Source of the DNA: Amphiscolops sp. MND2022
Lineage: Eukaryota
Direction: 5' to 3'
DNA length: 64,000 nucleotides
Assembly: GCA_964187785.1 (NCBI GenBank)
Contig: OZ076409.1
Coordinates: 26,910,001 to 26,974,000, forward strand
In this document: in pieces, positions 59,671 through 64,000 of the stretch
How the letters are laid out: each line of letters opens with the position of its first letter
Numbering within the stretch: position 1 is the stretch's first letter
Notes under the pieces: model-generated
Seen by the model: the letters and a program-made list of their open reading frames with translations, nothing else
What the model was told of the DNA's origin: nothing
The model's database searches: none
Position numbers and translations under genes: made by a program

Positions 59671-62600
59671 TGTGACATGAACATAGTCTGAAGGTCAATA
59701 GTAACTCAATGTTACATAAATCTTACTTTCATACTTGCCAGTAACTTGATGCTAACTGTAGTACGATATAGTGGACACTATAACTTGATCTTACGTACAA
59801 AACAGTATTATATTTCCAATCTTTCTTATTCCAACGATATACAACATGGCGCAGTCAGAATGAGTCAAAAGAACGAAAACAACTCCGCGGAATCCAATAG
59901 CAGAAATTCCTCAAGTGAGCAAACCGAAAAATAACATTACTAATATTCCAGAAGAAAACCATACAAGAAGCGAAATTATGGTGGCGACGATTTACCCAGT
60001 ATGTCAAAATGACCCAGAAACTAGACTTGAATACAATGCCAACAGACAAAGAGATACTAGAAGAACGCCGAGAAGAACTGGAGATAAAAATAAAAGACAT
60101 TTTCATCTGGGCACTGGGAGAGGAAGCTGTTACATAAATGACAAAAACGGTAAGAGACAATGATCCAAACAAAATGAACATCAACCAACTCTACATACTA
60201 TTTCGCCTTCACTTCATCCCAGAAAGAAACAACTTCCACAGTCGTGCAGATTTTTTCATTATAACGAGAGAACCAAACGAGACAGCCGAAGACGTTTGGA
60301 CACGAATATTGCAGACAGAGAAAAACTGTGAATTTGATAACGTTACCCCTGCCGAACTTATCGCATCGAAGTTCCTTTCCTTAATTGGAAGATCAACGGG
60401 AGACTTTGAACTCAAAAAGAAAACCCAGAAATTTAATATGACCATTGAAACGATAACCGATCTAATACATGAATATATGTACGACCGGTTAAACGACTCA
60501 AACAATTCTAATGACGGAAGGAACATAAAACATGTACAAGAAAAACCAAGAAAAAGAAAATGGTCAGAGAAGGCCAGTTACGACAAAAACAAAAAACGAC
60601 CGGAGTATCAAAAACCAAAATACCAAGATAACCGGTGCGGACAATGCGGAGCACCTAACTGGTCCAGACAACACATATGCCCAGCCAAATCGGTAGACTG
60701 CCGAAATTGCTGCAAAAAGAGGGGGCATTACGAAAAAATGTGTAGACTCCCAAAAAGAATACAACACATAGATAAAGTATCATCATCAGCAGAAGAATAT
60801 AACTGGGACTACAACAAAATACAAAAAATAAACAACAACAAAAAGGACGGAGAGTTTCTACACGCAACATTATTGGTTAATAACGCACCAATAAAATTCA
60901 TAATAGACAGCGCGTCCCCGTAACACTGATACCACAACGCTTATTTATCAAATTTACTGAAGTGGAAGAACTCAAATTCATTTACAAAGACGTAAACGGC
61001 AACAAGATCGAATTCTGGGACAAACAAAAGCACTGGTGAAAACTAACAGCACAACACTTCAACTGCCACTGTTAATTACAAAAGCAAATACCACACCGTT
61101 AATGGGATTGGACTGGATGAAATGGCTCGGAATAACATTAAACACAACAACCGACGATATTAAAATACACAACATCAAAATGGTCGAAACCGAAAAGAAG
61201 ATCCTAAAATTGAACAACGAATATAAAGATCTCTTTTACTACAACACGGAAATAAAAGACTTGGAAGTAAAATTGACCTGAAAGAAGACGCAAAAATAAG
61301 ACAGCAGAAGGGAAGACCAGTACCAATTCACTTTCAAAATCAAGTAACGGAAGAAATAAAAAGCATAAAAAAACGGATATTTGGAAAAGGCCACAGAAAT
61401 AACCGAAGATTGTTTCGTGAGCCCGGCAGTGATGACGGTGAAGAAAGACAAATCAGTAAAAGTTGCACTGGATTCAAGAAAATTAAACGAAGCAACAATC
61501 AAAAAGAAAGCACAAATGCCGAACATGGAAGAGCTATTATCCAGAATATCACGGAAAATATCTGAAGAACAAGAAGGGGAAATATGGATAACAAAACTAG
61601 ATTTTGACTATGCTCACGGTCAAATCAAATTGAACGAGAATACAAAAAATCTATGTATTTTTACCGTTACAGGCGGAGAATTTACGGCATACTACCGTTC
61701 TTTGAAAGGCTTTTACGGACTGGCCGACATCCCAACAATTTTCCAGGAACGGATAGACAGAACACTGGAGTTCAAACACCCCGCTTGGCTAGACGACATC
61801 ATAATTGTAACCAAAGGAACAATAGAAAAACACGAATCGGAAGTAAAAGAAACAATGAAAAAATTAGACGAAGCAGGATACAGGCTACACCCTAAGAAAT
61901 GCGAACTTTTCAAGAAAGAGGCTGAATGGGTTGGACACCAAATAAATCAAGACGGCATTAGACCACTACAAGACAAATTGAAAGCGATAACAAAAATAAA
62001 CATACCGAAAAACGAAAAGGAACTAAAATCCTTTTTGGGAGCAATACAATATCTGTCAAAGTATATCAAAAATCTATCAGCACAGACAGATATACTCAGA
62101 AAACTACTAAAAAACAAAACGAATGGATCTGACAGACGAACACACAGAAGCGTTCAACAATTTAAAGAAATTAATCACCCAATTGCCATGCCTAGCGCAT
62201 TACAACTCGAATAAAGAAAATATCCTAACAACCAATGCAAGTACAAAGGGACTAGGGGCTACACTCTGGCAAAAACAAAAAGATGGAAATTTGAAACCGG
62301 TTGGCTTCGCAAGCAGATTTTTATCGGACACCGAGAAAAAATATGCGATAAACGAACTAGAGCTACTAGCAGTAGTGTGGGGACTGGAGCATTTTCGCTT
62401 ATGTGTTTATGGAAAGCCAATTGAATTACTAACCGATCATTAGTTGATCAACCGCTGGAACCATTAGTTAAACGAAACAGATCAAATAAAACTTATAGCG
62501 CAAAATTAACAAAATGGTTGGATCGATTAACACACTTTGATATAAACATAAAGCATACTGCCGGCAAGCATTTAAAATTGACGGATTATTTTAGCAGAAA

Positions 62601-64000
62601 TCCGATTTCAAAGCCGGAGCCAATGGAGAAGTACGATGAAGAATACGTAATCAATTGCGTAATACCCTTACTGGAGGTTATTAACACACACGGTAGCATC
62701 ACCGATGAAAAGAAATTGGAAGCACAAACGGACGAAATAGCAGCGTCAGCGAACAGCCAATCACAATCAAGAAGCGTGCACAAAATACAGCTCAGCGAAA
62801 ACGAACAAGACAAACAGTGGTCATTGAAATTCTCACGAAGCAAAGTACGTTAAAATACAGCTGACACAAACAAAACCGTACAAAACAGAATGGACATTAA
62901 AACAATCGAATGGATCGAAAAAGACGATCCATCGGAAGAAACACTGAGATTAACAAGATGGAAGGAGATAACAAAGCCAGGCGATTACAGTTTCACACAA
63001 GGACAATGGAAAAAATACAATCCATCCAGAGCACTGCGGGCAGAAACAAATCGAAGTCGAGTTGTGGCAGAAAAGAAACAAATTGCTATGGAAACGCATG
63101 GAGAACAACATCAAAGAAACAGAAGAAGAGCTAGAGAGAAAAAGAGAATTCCATAGAGTCATCGAAAAAATCAGAGCGAAGCCAAAAAGGGACGAAACCG
63201 GGACAAGCAGTAGCACACAACAACCACAAGGACAAGATGAAATAGAAACAACGTCATCGGACTCTGACCAAACAATCGCTGTACCGGCGATCAATTTCAA
63301 GAGATACCTGGGGGCAACCAGTGTACCATATATCCAAATGGGAACGGCGAGTAGAGTGCAATATAACGAAGAATGGGACCTAGAAGAAACCAATCGTCAG
63401 GCCGAACAAAATTTCTCAACCGATTTAAGGACAATTGCAGACGAAACAACAAATGACGAAAAAATTAATCAAAACACTGGTATGCCTGGAGAGGAGAAGT
63501 TACGAACAGATATCAGATGATTACAAGGACCATCACAAAAACATGTCGACACGATTTGGAGTAGTGTTCTATAATGACAAAATAGTAATTCCGAAGCCAC
63601 TACGGAAAACAGTCATCTTACTATCACATAAAGGCCACCCCGCTATCAATAAGATGACACACGCAGCCCAACCTTTCTGGTGGCCAAAACTCAACAAGGA
63701 TATTCAGACGAAATGCAACGAGTGTATTCCCTGCAAATTGTCAGGTAAGAGTATAAAACCACAAATACCAATGACGGAAATAAATTACTTACCTCCGGTA
63801 GAAAAACCAAACGAGGAAATCCAAATGGATTTCATCGGACCAATAAGATTCGAGCATCGGCGATTTTTTATACTGATATCTATTGACCGGTATAGCAGAT
63901 GGCCGGCAGCCTGTATATGTGAAGCTCCTACAGGCAAAACAGCAAAAAGTTTCCTACAACAATACATACTACTGAACGGTATCCCACAAGTAATTAGATA
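59671..64000 (+). mobile_element. Decayed Ty3/Gypsy element (5' LTR 59671-59846, PBS, gag, protease, RT, RNase H, linker, integrase running off the window)
   Basis: TGT...ACA LTR followed by PBS TGGCGCAGTC (tRNA-Ser-like) at 59847. Two Cys/His knuckles, FIIDSASP, KLDFDYAHGQ / AWLDDIII, ELELLAVVWGLEHF, HKGHP...CIPC. Related to the 14898-27391 family. Confidence 0.9.

Noticed and set aside
37700..64000. Possible uni-strand piRNA cluster
   Set aside because: TE fragments lie in both orientations without clear bias, and the idea cannot be supported without small-RNA data.

Overview
AT-rich eukaryotic (probably invertebrate animal) genomic DNA with spliceosomal introns; no prokaryotic genes, rRNA, tRNA or CRISPR. 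Host genes: an RSRC2-like spliced gene (4754-8866, +, with a GC-AG intron) and a truncated tandem copy (1-1657), a compact HP1 gene (9362-9838), and a 5-exon RRM/RGG nucleolin/hnRNP-like gene (37358-33644, -). The rest is a nest of transposons: CR1/L2-type LINE pieces, several Ty3/Gypsy elements (one with an env-like ORF, two with a WxDD catalytic motif), a full-length BEL/Pao element with LTRs, PBS, PPT and a 5-bp TSD, hAT derivatives and many 9-bp-TSD MITEs. Two signals stand out. (1) A tandem Penelope-like element array (38810-43251, 14-bp TSD) whose reverse transcriptase has a PHD finger inserted between motifs B' and C, with a variant (U3-A8) minimal hammerhead ribozyme in each pLTR. (2) MITEs with different repeated arm motifs that share two GC-rich cores containing GCGAAGC hairpins. 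All calls come from reading the sequence; no searches were run.
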